A DNA stretch of 63,614 bases, counting the filler, from Octopus bimaculoides (lineage: Eukaryota), in assembly GCF_001194135.2 (NCBI RefSeq). It is 4 parts of 4 records of this genome, joined end to end, with 100 filler letters (N's around TTAATTAATTAA, not from the genome) between each part and the next. Parts side by side here need not be neighbours in the genome. Positions count along the whole stretch, not along the records: positions 1 to 16,643 come from NC_068982.1; 3 more parts are not named here. One strand, written 5' to 3'. Each line of letters begins with the position of its first letter. The first letter of the stretch is position 1. Below, piece after piece: positions 1 through 13,890 of this stretch. Under the pieces are notes generated by a model that made no database searches, was not told where the DNA came from, and saw only the letters and a program-made list of their open reading frames with translations. The position numbers and the translations under genes were made by a program.

Positions 1-66
1 ATTGTTCTTATGTATGGCTACTTTTGTATGATCCTATATTCATATATATATATATATATATATATA

Positions 67-243
67 GGCGCAAGCCGTCTGGTAAGAAGCTTACTTCCAA
101 ACCGCATGCTTCCGGGGGATCAGCCCGGACCCACGGCCTGGCAGCGTGCGCAAGTGTTACTAGTATAGCCGTGAAGTCTTGTGAATGGATTTGGTAGATG
201 GAAACTGAAAGAAGTCTGTTGTATATATACACACAGACACACA

Positions 244-281
<38 letters not shown>

Positions 282-345
282 TATACGTGTATTTGTGTCT
301 GTGGTTTCCCCTCATTACCACCGGTCCCAAATGACTGAAATGAGT
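67..345 (+). mobile_element. SINE family A, diverged copy
   Basis: Shares ggtaagaagctt...ggatttggtagatggaaactgaaagaag and the internal microsatellite. Confidence 0.7.
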
Positions 346-562
346 AAAAGAATTCATCTCTTGAGTTCTACTTATTGCCTGTTTGCATTGCCAAAACTGT
401 AGACAGAGAGACCAATAGATAGATAGATAGATAGATAGATAGAACAAAATAGCAAAGGATGGAAAAGTTATGAAATAAACCTATAAATGACCCACTTCTC
501 TAAGAAAAACAAACCAAATAATTTATACCTATCGAAGAGAACTGCATGGAATTGTTTTTATA

Positions 563-789
563 TTGGGTTTCCGGAAAGTTCGTGCCGATGTTTAAAGGAA
601 AGAAAGAGGTCAATAAATACTTGCCATTACATTTTTAATCAACCAAATATGAACCATTTTGTTGCACAATGCGTCTCTATCTTTCCGTTAACTTGAAAAT
701 ACCTTCTTCTCAGAATTGAGATGGTTTCATGGCAAATAAGTCGAAAGGTAAGCTACTATAAATCGGCACGAACTTTACGGACAACCCAA
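563..789. mobile_element. Mariner-type MITE / internally deleted element
   Basis: About 28-bp TIRs: TTGGGTTT-CCGGAAAGTTCGTGCCGAT versus rc TTGGGTTGTCCGTAAAGTTCGTGCCGAT. TA on both flanks (561-562, 790-791). No coding capacity. Confidence 0.8.
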
Positions 790-3139
790 TATATTCCATG
801 AGCATTAAACGTTGAAATTCAAGATTAACTTTAAGAAAATCGGAAGAAGAATCATGTATTCCAATGTACTTGTAACTTTAAAATGAACAATAGAAATACG
901 TCTAACATGTAACCCAAATTTAGTCTCCTAAATAAGAGTTACACGACATATATAAGGTAATCCGATGTGTTTCTCATTCCGGGAAAGTGTTTGTGGTGTG
1001 GTGTGGATTGCTCTGGAGTGGCGTGGTGTGTGGGGTGGTGTGTGGTGTGTAGTTTGGCGTGGGGATGTTGTTGTGAGGTGGAGGTGTGGGGGTAGGGTCG
1101 GGGTATGTGGGAGTGGGGTGTGTGGATGTGGGATGTGAATGGAGTGGATATCGATGAAGGGAGAAGGAAGGCAGTAGAGAAGACAGGAAGTAAGTGTCAG
1201 TACGAGAAAGGAGAGGAGGTAGGAATCAAGAGAAAATAAACAGAGAATAATAAAAAAAAAACTTGTGGATTTAGTGATGAAACATGGTGACTATTTGGGA
1301 AGAAAAAAGGTTTGACAGGAGAGGTAGAAAGAAGGGGAGACACACAAACACACTCACATGCAATCCTGCACACACATACATATATTATCTAAGAATGGTT
1401 TGTGCAGGAATTTTGATATTCTTTAAAAATTACCTCTTCTCCTCTACCAAATGCAAATTGGTAGAGAATTGTATGTTTAAAAATATTGCAGCTGAAATGT
1501 ATTATTCATATGTTCTTTATAGTTGCATTCATATATGTATTCATACGCTCTCTTTAAATTCTACAGCACCGTATGAAGTAATTTCTACATGCACGTTTCT
1601 ACATTTACCGATTGTAATGTATAATATTGGATGATAGGAAGGGTTGATATCACTCGTGCATCATGAAAATGCAATTTGTCTTTAAAAGTTAGATATATTC
1701 TATTAACTGCTGTTTTATTAGCCTCTTCATCAAAAATATCGAGTTGGAATCTACGCCCGATGAGTACAAGAAATCAAATATTCTTCGAATTTTAATACTA
1801 AGAATAGTTCGTACTATTAACACTTCTGACATGTATAAAATTTACCAACCGACGTCCCTCTTGAATGTGTACAAAACTTAATTTATCTTCGTCAAGATCC
1901 CACAAAATATTTATTATTTAATACCAATTCTAACTTCTGCAATATTTTAAGCCTTCATTTTTTCCCCTTCACTTTCCAGATTCAAATGATTCAGATTCCT
2001 ATATATCTGTTATCATCGTTTTACTTGCTCGTCTACTTGCAATGCCTTTTACAAGCAAAAATAACGGATATTGACACAAAATTCAAGAAATATAATAGAG
2101 ACGAAAAATTATTTTACTGAAAGTGTAAACTCTCGTGAGAAGTTAAGTCTTATATATTCTTTCTTTTTTTTTTTGAGAAAATAAGCCAATGAGAATCCGG
2201 AAGCGAGAGAAATTTCAATAAAACAGTCGTAGAAGAATTGAATCATGTAATCCTCGAGGCAGTATAGCAAATATATGATGAATAGTTTAATCTAAATGAT
2301 GCCTGCAAAGGTTCACATTCTCAAGAGACATTTCTCACACTGCAACTTTCCTTATAGAAGAATTTCGAGATGTGTTTGATGCCGACGTACTAAACCTAAC
2401 ATCAAAAAGACTGCATATTGATGCTTAACCTTATGATATTACTTGGCGTCCCTTTTGACAGTTATTTGCTGTCCTTGACGAATCCACTCATAATACCCAG
2501 GAGGAGATTAATAGGAAAATGAGCTGAAGATTAACAGTAAACAGCCATGCAAATTTTTTGCATAACAAATTACCAAACTCAAAATTAATTATATAATTTT
2601 TCGTCTATTTTCAGATTTAAAATCATTGAAATGAAAGAGAAAGATAATTTTCGAATAATAAATTTGACAATGATAAATTTTTAATGCCCAATTCCATTAT
2701 TTCATCAAATTTAATATAATTGATTAATTTCTCCTAATATAATTTACAGTTCTAAAATTGAGGCTAAGCATTCGTATTTATTGTAATTAATTATTTGTAT
2801 TGATGAAATTTTAGTACTTGGTATGAAAATAAATATATAAAAAATGTTTGCCCTACCTAATTATCAAATGAATGATATTTTGAAAACAACAGTTAATGTG
2901 TACTGTTTAGTGATCTTAAATTGGTGTTTTTCTTTAAACCTTGTGTACTCTTCCCTTAATTTCGGCAACGGAGTTTGAGCTATCTGTAGCAACTAATCCA
3001 GCTCTATAGAAGAGAACGATAGTACACATACACACACAATCACGCACCTATATTTTTGTATATGCCTGATTGTGCAGGCTGTTCGGGATCGATTTCATGA
3101 CTTTTTATCTCTCCTATTTTCAGGAACTGTTTGCAAAAT

Positions 3140-3545
3140 TGGTAAACACTCAACGGTCTTGGAGACCATAAAGGTTACATTTATATTTGAGGAAAAGTTA
3201 AATGACACGGTGGAGTGGAAACCATTTGAATATTGGAAAACAGTTGGAATCATGATTATTCTCGCTGGGGATCAAATTGACTATATCATGCCTGTTGCTC
3301 ATTGCTCTCTGAACACTATACCACGTGACGTAGACATCATGAAAAACCAAGTTCACCCAAACACTAACTATTTTTGGCTGTCTCCATTCAGGTTGACGTC
3401 ATGCGTCACACATTTTGAACAGGAGATTCGGCTCAATTCACACGGTCATGTGAAGCAATTCAGACTGCCGTGGAGTATGGGGTCATATCCTGGCTAGAGA
3501 GGTTGCTGTGGGAAGGTGGTATGAGTAGTAGCAGGATTCGACTGG
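3140..3545 (+). mobile_element. Degenerate maT-like transposase relic
   Basis: With frameshifts it reads MKTKFTQTLTIFGCL...HIFEQEIRLNSHGHVKQ...ISWLERVAVGRWYE**QDST, homologous to the 44914-45363 peptide. Confidence 0.6.
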
Positions 3546-3858
3546 AAAGAGTGATCACTTAAGCCATTAAATAGATTACGGTTTAAAATTTGAACTAAAA
3601 TCCAACTTTATAAAATTAACAATAAAGCAAACTGAAAATTAAAATAATCAAAATTCCTTTAATTTTGTTTAATTTAAAATAATATCTAATTTTGTTTAAC
3701 GTTACATAGCTCAAATTGACTTTATCTTATTTCAACCTCACATCACTCTATCTATCATTATTCTATATACAAGTTACCAAAGCTTTCTCAACCTCTCCAT
3801 TATAATATGATTACTACTAATATTGCATACATTTTTAATGCAATTCCACTACTATGTA

Positions 3859-3898
<40 letters not shown>

Positions 3899-4170
3899 TG
3901 GTATCGTTCAAACTGTGGAATGTTGCTATACCTCCGTGGTCACAATGCACTTATTTTGCATGGCTTTCGAATTAGGCCACTCCACTGGCTAGGTGAGTAG
4001 GTCAGCATTCCCCCTCCCCGATCGGAAGTAAATGCCATCAAAGGACCACCCATCTACAGCTGAATGAAATGAAACAAGTTGAAATGAACTGCTTTTCTCG
4101 AGAACAGAACGCGCCGCCTCTTCCGGGTGTAGTGATTGTAAGCGCAGAACCCTAACAACTTGAACTCGAG

Positions 4171-4238
<68 letters not shown>

Positions 4239-4434
4239 AAAATACACACACATTTATATAATAAACCCTTTATGCACGTTACATATACATGATGAAATAA
4301 CTCGAAGTAGAAAAGAAGTTCTTATATATTTTAGAATGTTCTACATGTACAAAGATGAATATAAATTTTATCAACTGTAAATTATTTGCATTATTTATAT
4401 TTAACGGATATTTTTCTTCATCTTGTTTGTTGTT

Positions 4435-4480
4435 AACACAACGTTTCAGCTGATATACTCTCCAGCCTTCATCAGGTGTC
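4435..4480 (-). ncRNA. Minimal type I hammerhead ribozyme motif in a Penelope-like fragment
   Basis: 5'-GACAC CUGAUGA A GGCUG GAGAGUAUAU CAGCU GAAAC GU U GUGUU-3'. Intact core; stem I GACAC/GUGUU; stem II GGCUG/CAGCU; palindromic ACGU stem III; GUU triplet. Confidence 0.65.
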
Positions 4481-4527
4481 TTGAGGAAATTTCGAACCTG
4501 GGTTCTCATTCCTAAGGTATTTTTCGA

Positions 4528-4602
<75 letters not shown>

Positions 4603-4621
4603 CATTATTATTATTATTATT

Positions 4622-5079
<458 letters not shown>

Positions 5080-5080
5080 G

Positions 5081-5157
5081 TCAGGTCACTGCCTGGAATC
5101 GGACTCGAAATTTTGGGGTTAGTAGCCCGGGCTTTTAACCACTACGCCATATGCCCA
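5081..5157 (-). mobile_element. Short tRNA-derived SINE head with (TAA)n tail
   Basis: A box TGGCGTAGTGG, degenerate B box GAGTCCGATTCC; no proper acceptor stem; directly followed by (TAA)n. Confidence 0.65.
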
Positions 5158-7622
5158 CGGACATATATGCATCAAATGTAAATAATGTACATAATTCCTC
5201 ATCTCTTAAATATAGAAGTGTGCCGGTAATAGGTTTTTCAATGATGTTCCTCATCCGGTAGCGAAATGCTAAAACTTTGAAGTAAATGAAGACTCGGATA
5301 TGACAACTGAATGGCACGTATTCCATATGGCATAATGCAGCAATTATTTGTTTTATTCATAAAAGAACAAAATGTCATATCTTTCTTTGCAGGTTTAATT
5401 GATTTTTACATTTTATGCGTAAAAAATTTAGAATTATGGGTTCATAAAGATTATTCTAATTAGTAGAATTATGCGGTTTCCAACACTGAGAGCAAAATAT
5501 TGATTTTTATGTTCACTTAAGATAAAAGTTAAGTGAGATCTGGTCGATTCATGCATGAAACCCTTCTTGGAATATCTATCCATAGACCAAGATTTATGAT
5601 TCGAAAATCAATAATTGTGGAACCGATTTCAAATATTGGCATTTTCACCTCATTTTCAATAACTACTTCCATACAGATAACAGTTGAAATGTATGAAGAG
5701 TTGCACATGAATGGAAGTGATAATGGATTTCTAAGGTTTTTAATTTCTGACGTATATTTGTGAAATTTGGTGCTATAGAATATGAAAGTACTCCGTCCTT
5801 TTGCCTTCTATTACCACCATCCTTCTTAATATAACCGATTATAACTGTATAACGTTGTACATATATGAATGTATTACAACACAATGAGCAAATGCTAGAT
5901 CTGAATGCTAATATTTCGGTGCAATGTATTGATGAATCTGATTCATTTATCGTACCCTAGTCATTATACAACGCCACAGTATTTTACAGAAAATATAATT
6001 AAAATTACTCCTATGAATTTATTGATTATATTGATTCTTGCACATTTATTGTGTATCTTATAAATAATACGTACTGAGGATTGGCAAAATCATTTGCACA
6101 TTGGACAAAATAGCTTGCTTCCTTTAGTAATGGTTTTACACGTTAATGGTCTTACACGTTCTAATAGCAAACGCATCAAGATTAGTTTTTATTTTATCAT
6201 TCGAGATTGATAACGTAATGTTCTTGTCAAGTACAGGATTCGGTATAATGCTGTAGCTTTCTCAATCGCCAACTTCCAAGACTTGTGAATATGCTTAAAT
6301 CAATTACAAAAGTTGTTGGGTTAGGAGCATCGATAGAGCATGAAACAATATCGCGGTATCTGTCCCGGATCGTTATATTCTTACTTCACATTCCAGTAAG
6401 AGCAATTATACTTATCATCCCTTCGCGGTTGGTAGTATCCATTGGTGCTCCCTCGAAAATAGTTTGCCTTCCCTCTAAATTATTGTTGTTTTTTACGTTG
6501 TTATTTCTTTGTGCAGTACGAGCTGTTCTAAATCTCACTCAGAGAATTCAATTAGCAAGAAAATAAAAAAATGATGGGACACACATAAAGCCAAGGTGCC
6601 ACACTTGTGGGTCAAACGCCCATTTGAAGGTTTGTTTCCACGCTTTAAAGATGCCCAGGTTCTCTCAATTTGAGGGTTTGTTTTCATAACTGATGAGATA
6701 CAAACTCAGTCACCTCTTGCTGCTGAAGACACTATTTGAAATATCTCGGTCTGAAGATTACCATAAAATCTGAACAAGGAATTTTGAAATGAGATAAAAA
6801 TCGAACGTTAACTATCTGCAGTAAATATTTAGTGGTGAGAGTTAGAAATTTGAAATATCGAGTGTTAGACGAATGTATTAAAATAAAACGGGTATTACAA
6901 GATCAAACTAAACAAAGATTATATTAAAATATACAGAAAACAAACTAAGTCTCTGATCTTGTGACTACTGTATCAATCGAACTCTCCAATGATTACTTTT
7001 CAGTTCAGTTTACGGTGTTTGCGTGTGCATATCTGTCTATTAGCTTGAACTAGATCTCAAAAGTGATATTTATTTATTGTTACATGCAGCAAAACATGGA
7101 AATATTGAATAAAGTTCTAACCGTCCTCACATATAATAAATTACATAAAATTCGAAATAGGCTTCTCGAGAGAGATTTCTTTAAATCTAAGTTAAGTACT
7201 GCATATTTGCGTGCATGAAAATAATAACAAAAGAGGTAGGCTAGATTACGTGCAGCATAGTAATTACAGTTTGATAAAGTCAGGTTTACATTGGTGGAGG
7301 CAGCTCATATTGTATCTCATTAACGAAGGAAGATTAATTGAGATACAGTTGTGTTCTTTTAGGAGACGCTATAATGTCAATTATGTGTATTAAGCATGGC
7401 AGAAAGGATTGACATAACATGCTAATTACTTCAAGTAGATATATCATTTTGAATCAACGGTCCTCTGTATTTGGCATTGCCAACACACATATACACATGC
7501 ATACATACATACATACATACATACATACATACACACATATACACAAACACACGCACACACACATGCACATATATATATATATGTACATATATATATATAT
7601 ACGTATATATGTATAATCTATA

Positions 7623-7704
<82 letters not shown>

Positions 7705-9129
7705 CACACATATATACATGTAGAATGAGAGGGGGAGGGATGGAGAGAAAGGAAAGAACCCTCGCACAAAGAGGATCTCAATGTTAATACTGAAATGAAT
7801 AACTATGAATCTCTTCCTTTTCTTGTCTCTTTCTCTCTCTCTCTCTCTTTCTTTCTCTCTCTCTCTTTCTTTCTATCTCTCTCTCTTTCTTTCTCTCTCT
7901 CTCTCTCTACCTCTACAAATCTCTCTATCTNNNNNNNNNNTTTTTCGGAGCAGATAATGCTAGATGCATCACTAAGTGAGTAACACAGTTAGACAATAAT
8001 GAACATGTTCGTAATTCGAAATCATGTGTGGTAAAGAATTGTTAAGCTGAAGGGAAAATATTTAAAACCCATTTAATCACACTGACAAGTATGCACAACT
8101 GCCACGCTCACATACGCACACGCAGACACACATACACACATCAATATATATATATGTATATATACATACATACTTATACATGCATCCAATCAGAAACATG
8201 TATATGTGGTCGTATACTGGTATGTATTTACAAACATACGTCAGGATATACATCATTTTTATGATCTAAATTACATTTATAATAATGTAGTTGAATGAGT
8301 TAAGAATATATATTTCTTTCAGCCGTTTAGAAAATCAGATATTTCTAGAAAGTTCACGTAATAATGCTCAGATAACTACATGCGTAACAATGTAATTGAA
8401 AACATTAGTTTTATAACTACTTCAAAATGCACATTGAAATTGAAGTTATAGGTTAGCCATTGTATTCAAGGAATGGGACTTGAGAGATTTTAGTTGAACC
8501 TATAAAGAGTAAGCGCAGCATCCAGTGGATCTATATCTATCAGAGATGCTTTCACACCTTTTCATGTCTTTGTCATTATTTTCGGCAGTATAATCCTTGA
8601 TATTTTTGGCAGTCACCGAATCGATAGGAATAGTCTATGTAACATAGTTGTGTGTGTGTGTTTTTTTTATTACCTGCTGAATTCGTAAGACTCAGCTATA
8701 GCCAAATATACAATAATCGGTTTTGGTACTGGCTGTGAAGTACTGCCTTGTTTGAATGGCCGCATTCACATGTCTTGCACATGCAATCATTACGTTTTAA
8801 AATTTGTATGATCCAGATTTGACAAAGATATGGTTTTTTTTGCCCTCTATAATTTTCGAAAGAGAAACTAAGGTACAAAACCGATGTATAAAGTTCTTTG
8901 ATATTTGAAAATATCATCCGTCGTATTCCTGAGAGTAAAGAGTCGAAGTCTTAGTAGATAGGAATTCATATATGGGACAGGAGATACATAAAATATATAG
9001 AGTGGAGAAAAAGGTTTTGTTGGCTTTCAACTGGCTGGAAGCACCTTAATTTATTGAAGCCAACCTTTAAAATATGTACCTGCATATAAGTTCCCCTCTC
9101 TATGCCACCGATGTTATCCCAGGGAAAGG

Positions 9130-9290
9130 CAAAAACTGATACTGCTTGGCAATAGTGACGTCGCAACCACAGCTGAGTGAACTGGAGCAACGTAAAATAA
9201 AGTGTCTTCCCAAGAACACAACACACAACCCGGTCCGGGAATCGAATTCACAATCTCATGATTCAAGTTATAGAGTGATGCAAAAAAATG
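9130..9290 (-). mobile_element. SINE with family C head
   Basis: rc gattgtgaattcgattcccggaccgggttgtgtgttgtgttcttgggaagacacttt...ccagttcactcagctg. Confidence 0.6.
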
Positions 9291-10134
9291 ATGGATTTCA
9301 TTCTTTTGACGATAAATCATAGCTCACCTCTGAATATTTTATAACCTCATTTTAATTAAACACGCTTCAAAATCTCACAGGAATAGAAATATAAAGCGAT
9401 CGAACGTTGTTTTTCTTTATAAAAAATGTATTTCAACTTTTTGTTAACTATGATTAATAATAATCGCAATAATCATTATTCATTTTAAAATACAATATTG
9501 AAAATTGAAAAATCTTCAAAGTGTCATCATTTGCCAAGTTAATAATAATAAAAATCTCATTTTTCATATTCGACTAGTCTCAAAATTTGCAAAGTGACGT
9601 AAAAGTGGTACGAGCGCAAGCGGAAGGTGTGATGCTGAATGACAATTACAAGATTTTGTAGGATTTTTCCATTGAAACTGAGCATGCTTTTAATAGTACG
9701 GGACCAAATATGATTGCAGAGACCAAAGGAAAAACAAAGGTGTGTAATACCATAGATTTTGAAAAAAATATTTGTTAGTAAAATGGGTATCAAAGAAATC
9801 GAGAACATTAAGAAATATCCGGATCTGCCTAGAGAGTTGAAGAGATTATCAAACAAAAAGGTGACAACACCCAAACTGATTCCTAAGAGATTTGAGATGC
9901 GTATTGTCGACCTTCAAACACTTCAGCAAATGTCTCATCCTGTATTCTGCAAAGATTGTTGTTAGCAAACATCAATATAACGTCCATGCTAATGAATTTG
10001 ACAACAATCCACATCACATCTAATAAAAACAACAGCCACAATAGCAATACTAATAATAATGAAAAAAATAACAATACTGACAACGACAACAACAAGAATG
10101 AGAACAAGAACAACAAGTAAAACACCAATAATAA

Positions 10135-10330
10135 TCCTTTCTATTATAGGCACAAGTCCTGAAATTTAGGAGAGCGGATTGTCGATTACATCGACCCCAG
10201 TACTCAAATGGTACTTAATTTATCGATCCCGATAGAATGAAAGGCAAAGTCAACCTCGGCGGAATTTGAACTCGGAACCTAGTGACAGACGAAACACCGC
10301 TAAGTATTTCGTCCGGCGCACAAACGATTC
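10135..10330 (-). mobile_element. SINE family B
   Basis: Reverse complement of the family B sequence. Confidence 0.75.
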
Positions 10331-10344
10331 TAATGATGATTGAA

Positions 10345-10598
10345 ATTGTAACAATAAAGTAGTTCCCAAAATGCCGATTCTGTTGTGATGCAACTGAAAC
10401 AGTGGATCAGCTAATCTTTGGATGCTCTCTTTTCTTGTTAACTCCACAGCTTCTATCTCCTCTCATCAGGCAGCTGAAATCAATCCTTCCTGTTTTTCTC
10501 AAATACTTGTCAATATCAGGCTCTGCCATCTCTATATAGTTTTCTATAGATATCAGACCTCTACCTCCCTCGTTCCATACTGTGTGCAACATATTCCC

Positions 10599-10600
<2 letters not shown>
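10345..10600. mobile_element. Two oppositely oriented R4/Dong-like fragments
   Basis: Plus strand PKCRFCCDATETVDQLIFGC (CCHC-like, ~10365-10430); minus strand EGGRGLISIENYIEMAE (~10520-10590). Confidence 0.55.
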
Positions 10601-10669
<69 letters not shown>

Positions 10670-10793
10670 GTTCAGTAGTTTTATTTTTATAACGTGCTTT
10701 CACTTAACTCCCGAGCGCAGCTCTGTGCGCCTTGGGTATGTGCTGAGGTTTGCTGTGGTGCTCTTATGGTTAATGATTTGAAAGTGTTTTGCG
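10670..10793 (-). mobile_element. R4/Dong-like LINE, 3' UTR-only copy
   Basis: Homologous to 4622-4745; flanked by (TAA)n and (TAA/TGA)n. Confidence 0.8.
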
Positions 10794-10825
10794 TATTATT
10801 ATTATCATCATCATCATCATCATCG

Positions 10826-10862
<37 letters not shown>

Positions 10863-11483
10863 TGACTGAGAGAGCAGTGCATGTCATCGAAGTGACTATG
10901 AGGTAAAATATACAAAACGCCGTATACACATCATGACTAGCCGTCTGATAAAGGTGCACCAGGCACATGCATCACAGCCATTTGTGCGGGACATGGTAAC
11001 CTCATATTAAGATAAACAGCACATGATCTTACAGGTGGGGCCTAGTTAGAATTTCCTTCAGGTCGCGTAGCCTGTCCCGCTCAAAAGGTCCCTGAATAAG
11101 GGTCGTTTGAGAATGTTGAACAAAACTGCAATATTTCCAGAGGAGAATTATTCAAACTCCAAAGAATTCCCCTAAACACATGGCTATGATACTCCCCCAC
11201 TAGTTCTGCTCGTGATCAGTGATGTACATATCGTCAGCCACTAAGTGATAAGCTCAAGTGGGAAAGGTCAAGTAACTGACAAGCAAATCTGTGGTATTGA
11301 GCCGAATATTTGCTGTAGCGAATCTTTTATACCAAGACAAAATAATGTACATCATAGCACTTCCTATCAGCTGAGATAAGAAGCCATGAAGGCACTGCCT
11401 GGTACTGCATCAAGGCATACCTGCTGTATCAGGGCTTTGGTACTGCATCAATGCATATGTTATTATTATTATTATTATTATTT

Positions 11484-11724
11484 TATGTTTGACTTTTGTT
11501 TTGCATTTGTACAAGTTGGATCCAAGTCTCACCCAGAGACCTCAAGAGACAAGTTAGAAGTTCATGTAGGTGTTATGCCTAGGGTACCATATATTTGGAT
11601 TTGTACAGTTTTGTTCAAGTGAATGTTTAAGAAACCATAAGAAAATTATGTTTGCTTTAAAATTTGAGATCACATAGACAGTATTTTACGTAGGATATGG
11701 GCAGTTCCCATGAGCACTATCTTT
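11484..11724 (-). mobile_element. Second R4/Dong-like family 3' end
   Basis: KIVLMGTAHILRKILSM* followed by a different 3' UTR and a (TAA)n tail at 11457-11483. Confidence 0.7.
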
Positions 11725-12589
11725 NNNNNNNNNNNNNNNNNNNNNNNNNNNNNNNNNNNNNNNNNNNNNNNNNNNNNNNNNNNNNNNNNNNNNNNNNNNN
11801 NNNNNNNNNNNNNNNNNNNNNNNNNNNNNNNNNNNNNNNNNNNNNNNNNNNNNNNNNNNNNNNNNNNNNNNNNNNNNNNNNNNNNNNNNNNNNNNNNNNN
11901 NNNNNNNNNNNNNNNNNNNNNNNNNNNNNNNNNNNNNNNNNNNNNNNNNNNNNNNNNNNNNNNNNNNNNNNNNNNNNNNNNNNNNNNNNNNNNNNNNNNN
12001 NNNNNNNNNNNNNNNNNNNNNNNNNNNNNNNNNNNNNNNNNNNNNNNNNNNNNNNNNNNNNNNNNNNNNNNNNNNNNNNNNNNNNNNNNNNNNNNNNNNN
12101 NNNNNNNNNNNNNNNNNNNNNNNNNNNNNNNNNNNNNNNNNNNNNNNNNNNNNNNNNNNNNNNNNNNNNNNNNNNNNNNNNNNNNNNNNNNNNNNNNNNN
12201 NNNNNNNNNNNNNNNNNNNNNNNNNNNNNNNNNNNNNNNNNNNNNNNNNNNNNNNNNNNNNNNNNNNNNNNNNNNNNNNNNNNNNNNNNNNNNNNNNNNN
12301 NNNNNNNNNNNNNNNNNNNNNNNNNNNNNNNNNNNNNNNNNNNNNNNNNNNNNNNNNNNNNNNNNNNNNNNNNNNNNNNNNNNNNNNNNNNNNNNNNNNN
12401 NNNNNNNNNNNNNNNNNNNNNNNNNNNNNNNNNNNNNNNNNNNNNNNNNNNNNNNNNNNNNNNNNNNNNNNNNNNNNNNNNATATAACTAGCAGCAACCA
12501 ATTGCTACCACTACCACCATCACTGCCACCGCCACCGCCACCATCGCCACCACCGCCGCCGCCACCACCACCGCCGCCGCCGCTGAGGC

Positions 12590-13560
12590 TGTGACATCCC
12601 CAGCGATAACTTACCGGTGTGCAGGTGTGACACGCTTTTCCGCAGCTCGTTTCCTTGACGGAGCTAAGGTCCAGTTCAGGCATAGACGGAGACAGGGAGT
12701 TTGGCATCTAGATTGTCTGCAGGTGCTCACAGCCCTTGGCCAGTGGAGCTAAGCGGTCGGTGGAAGTTTCACCCAGGAGTTCTATAGGGGATTAGTGGAG
12801 GGAAAGAACGACGACGATCCCAGAGAGATTCTGGACACTGAGAGGGCTGTTGTCTTCCAGGAGACTTTCGGACCGGGACCTATGGATAACTTCCAGAAAT
12901 CTCTGGCCCGGCAGTGCTACCGGGGGGGGGGAGGGGGCACTTTCGTTTCGTGATAAACTTTATAGGCATGGACGTGCAGTCAGACGCTCTTGTCCGAGGT
13001 GCATGCGGAGCGAGGAAACCTTTCTGCATGTACTAGTAGAGTACCCACTATTTGCTAATAAGATTGCAATAATATTGCCTCGCCTCCTTCTTTTTGACGT
13101 GAAGGGAAGCCAGTTTTTCTCTGTCTGGTGTCTGGTGGACGAAAGAAGTTGTATGGTTGACGCGATTGAAAGGATTGAAGACAGGTACCTTCCTCTTTGG
13201 CCAAGGGCTCATTCACTTTTTTAGGTTCCACCTGAAAAGACAGGTAAGACTGAAGAGGTAGGTGCTATCACCCAGTAAATTCGTCGAAAGGTGGATGAAT
13301 GTGGCAAGGATAGCGTGCGTGAAGTATGCACCAGTAGGCCGGATGGAGGGAGGAGGAGAGGGGAGCTTACCTGAGATGCCTTGGTGTTAAGGGCTCAGAG
13401 TGGGTGAGGTTGCTTTGGTCACCTCTCGATCGATCTTCCTCTATTGAGGAATTATGTACTGTTGGGTAATTTTCCTATTCAATTGTTGTGTCCCTCATTG
13501 TCCCTAGTCTATGTATTGTCCATTATGTTTTGTGTTCGGTCGTTGTGACCAATAAAAAAA
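12590..13560 (+). mobile_element. L1/Tx1-like LINE 3' fragment
   Basis: GC-richer island with RDKLYRHG...SCPRCMRSEETFLHVLVEYP zinc-knuckle remnant; ends in aataaaaaaataata. Confidence 0.65.
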
Positions 13561-13611
13561 TAATATTTTTATTGTTTTTGCTGTTGTTATTATTATTATT
13601 ATTATAATTAT

Positions 13612-13890
13612 TGTTCAGTAGTTTTATTTTTATAACGTGCTTTCACTTCACTACCGAGCGCAGCTCTGTGTGCCTTGGGTAAGTGCTGTGGTTTGCTGTG
13701 ATGCTCTTATGGTTACTGTATTGAAAGTGTTTTGCGTCGGATGTGTGCAGTGCCCAGTAGTGCAATTTTCTGTATGTTATATATATTTGTAATTCCTGGT
13801 GTTTTTGTTATGTATTTGTCTGAATATTTTTTAAATTATACCTAAGGCACCTACTATGATAGGAATTGTTTCTGTTTTTAAATTCCACAT
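13612..13890 (-). mobile_element. R4/Dong-like LINE 3' end, near-identical to the 4622 copy
   Basis: About 95% identity by eye to 4622-4897; (TAA)n at both outer ends (one side across a gap). Confidence 0.85.

Noticed and set aside
1085-1120. G-quadruplex motif
   Set aside because: Part of a degenerate (GTGG)n low-complexity tract with no gene context.
1800-2460. Very old RT relic (YQPTSLLNVYK, PNIKKTAY)
   Set aside because: Only two short motif resemblances; too decayed to call without a profile search.
5081-5157. Functional tRNA gene
   Set aside because: No pairable acceptor stem, degenerate B box, directly followed by (TAA)n: a SINE head.
6686-6760. CTGATGA/CTGAAGA cluster as a ribozyme; nearby RCHTCGSNAHLKVC as a gag knuckle
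   Set aside because: The complementary segment lies on the wrong side of GAAA. The knuckle spacing is off by one and there is no supporting pol sequence.
9640-9960. Tc1 transposase C-terminal relic (RVEEIIKQKGDNT)
   Set aside because: Single weak motif; no catalytic motifs or TIRs found.
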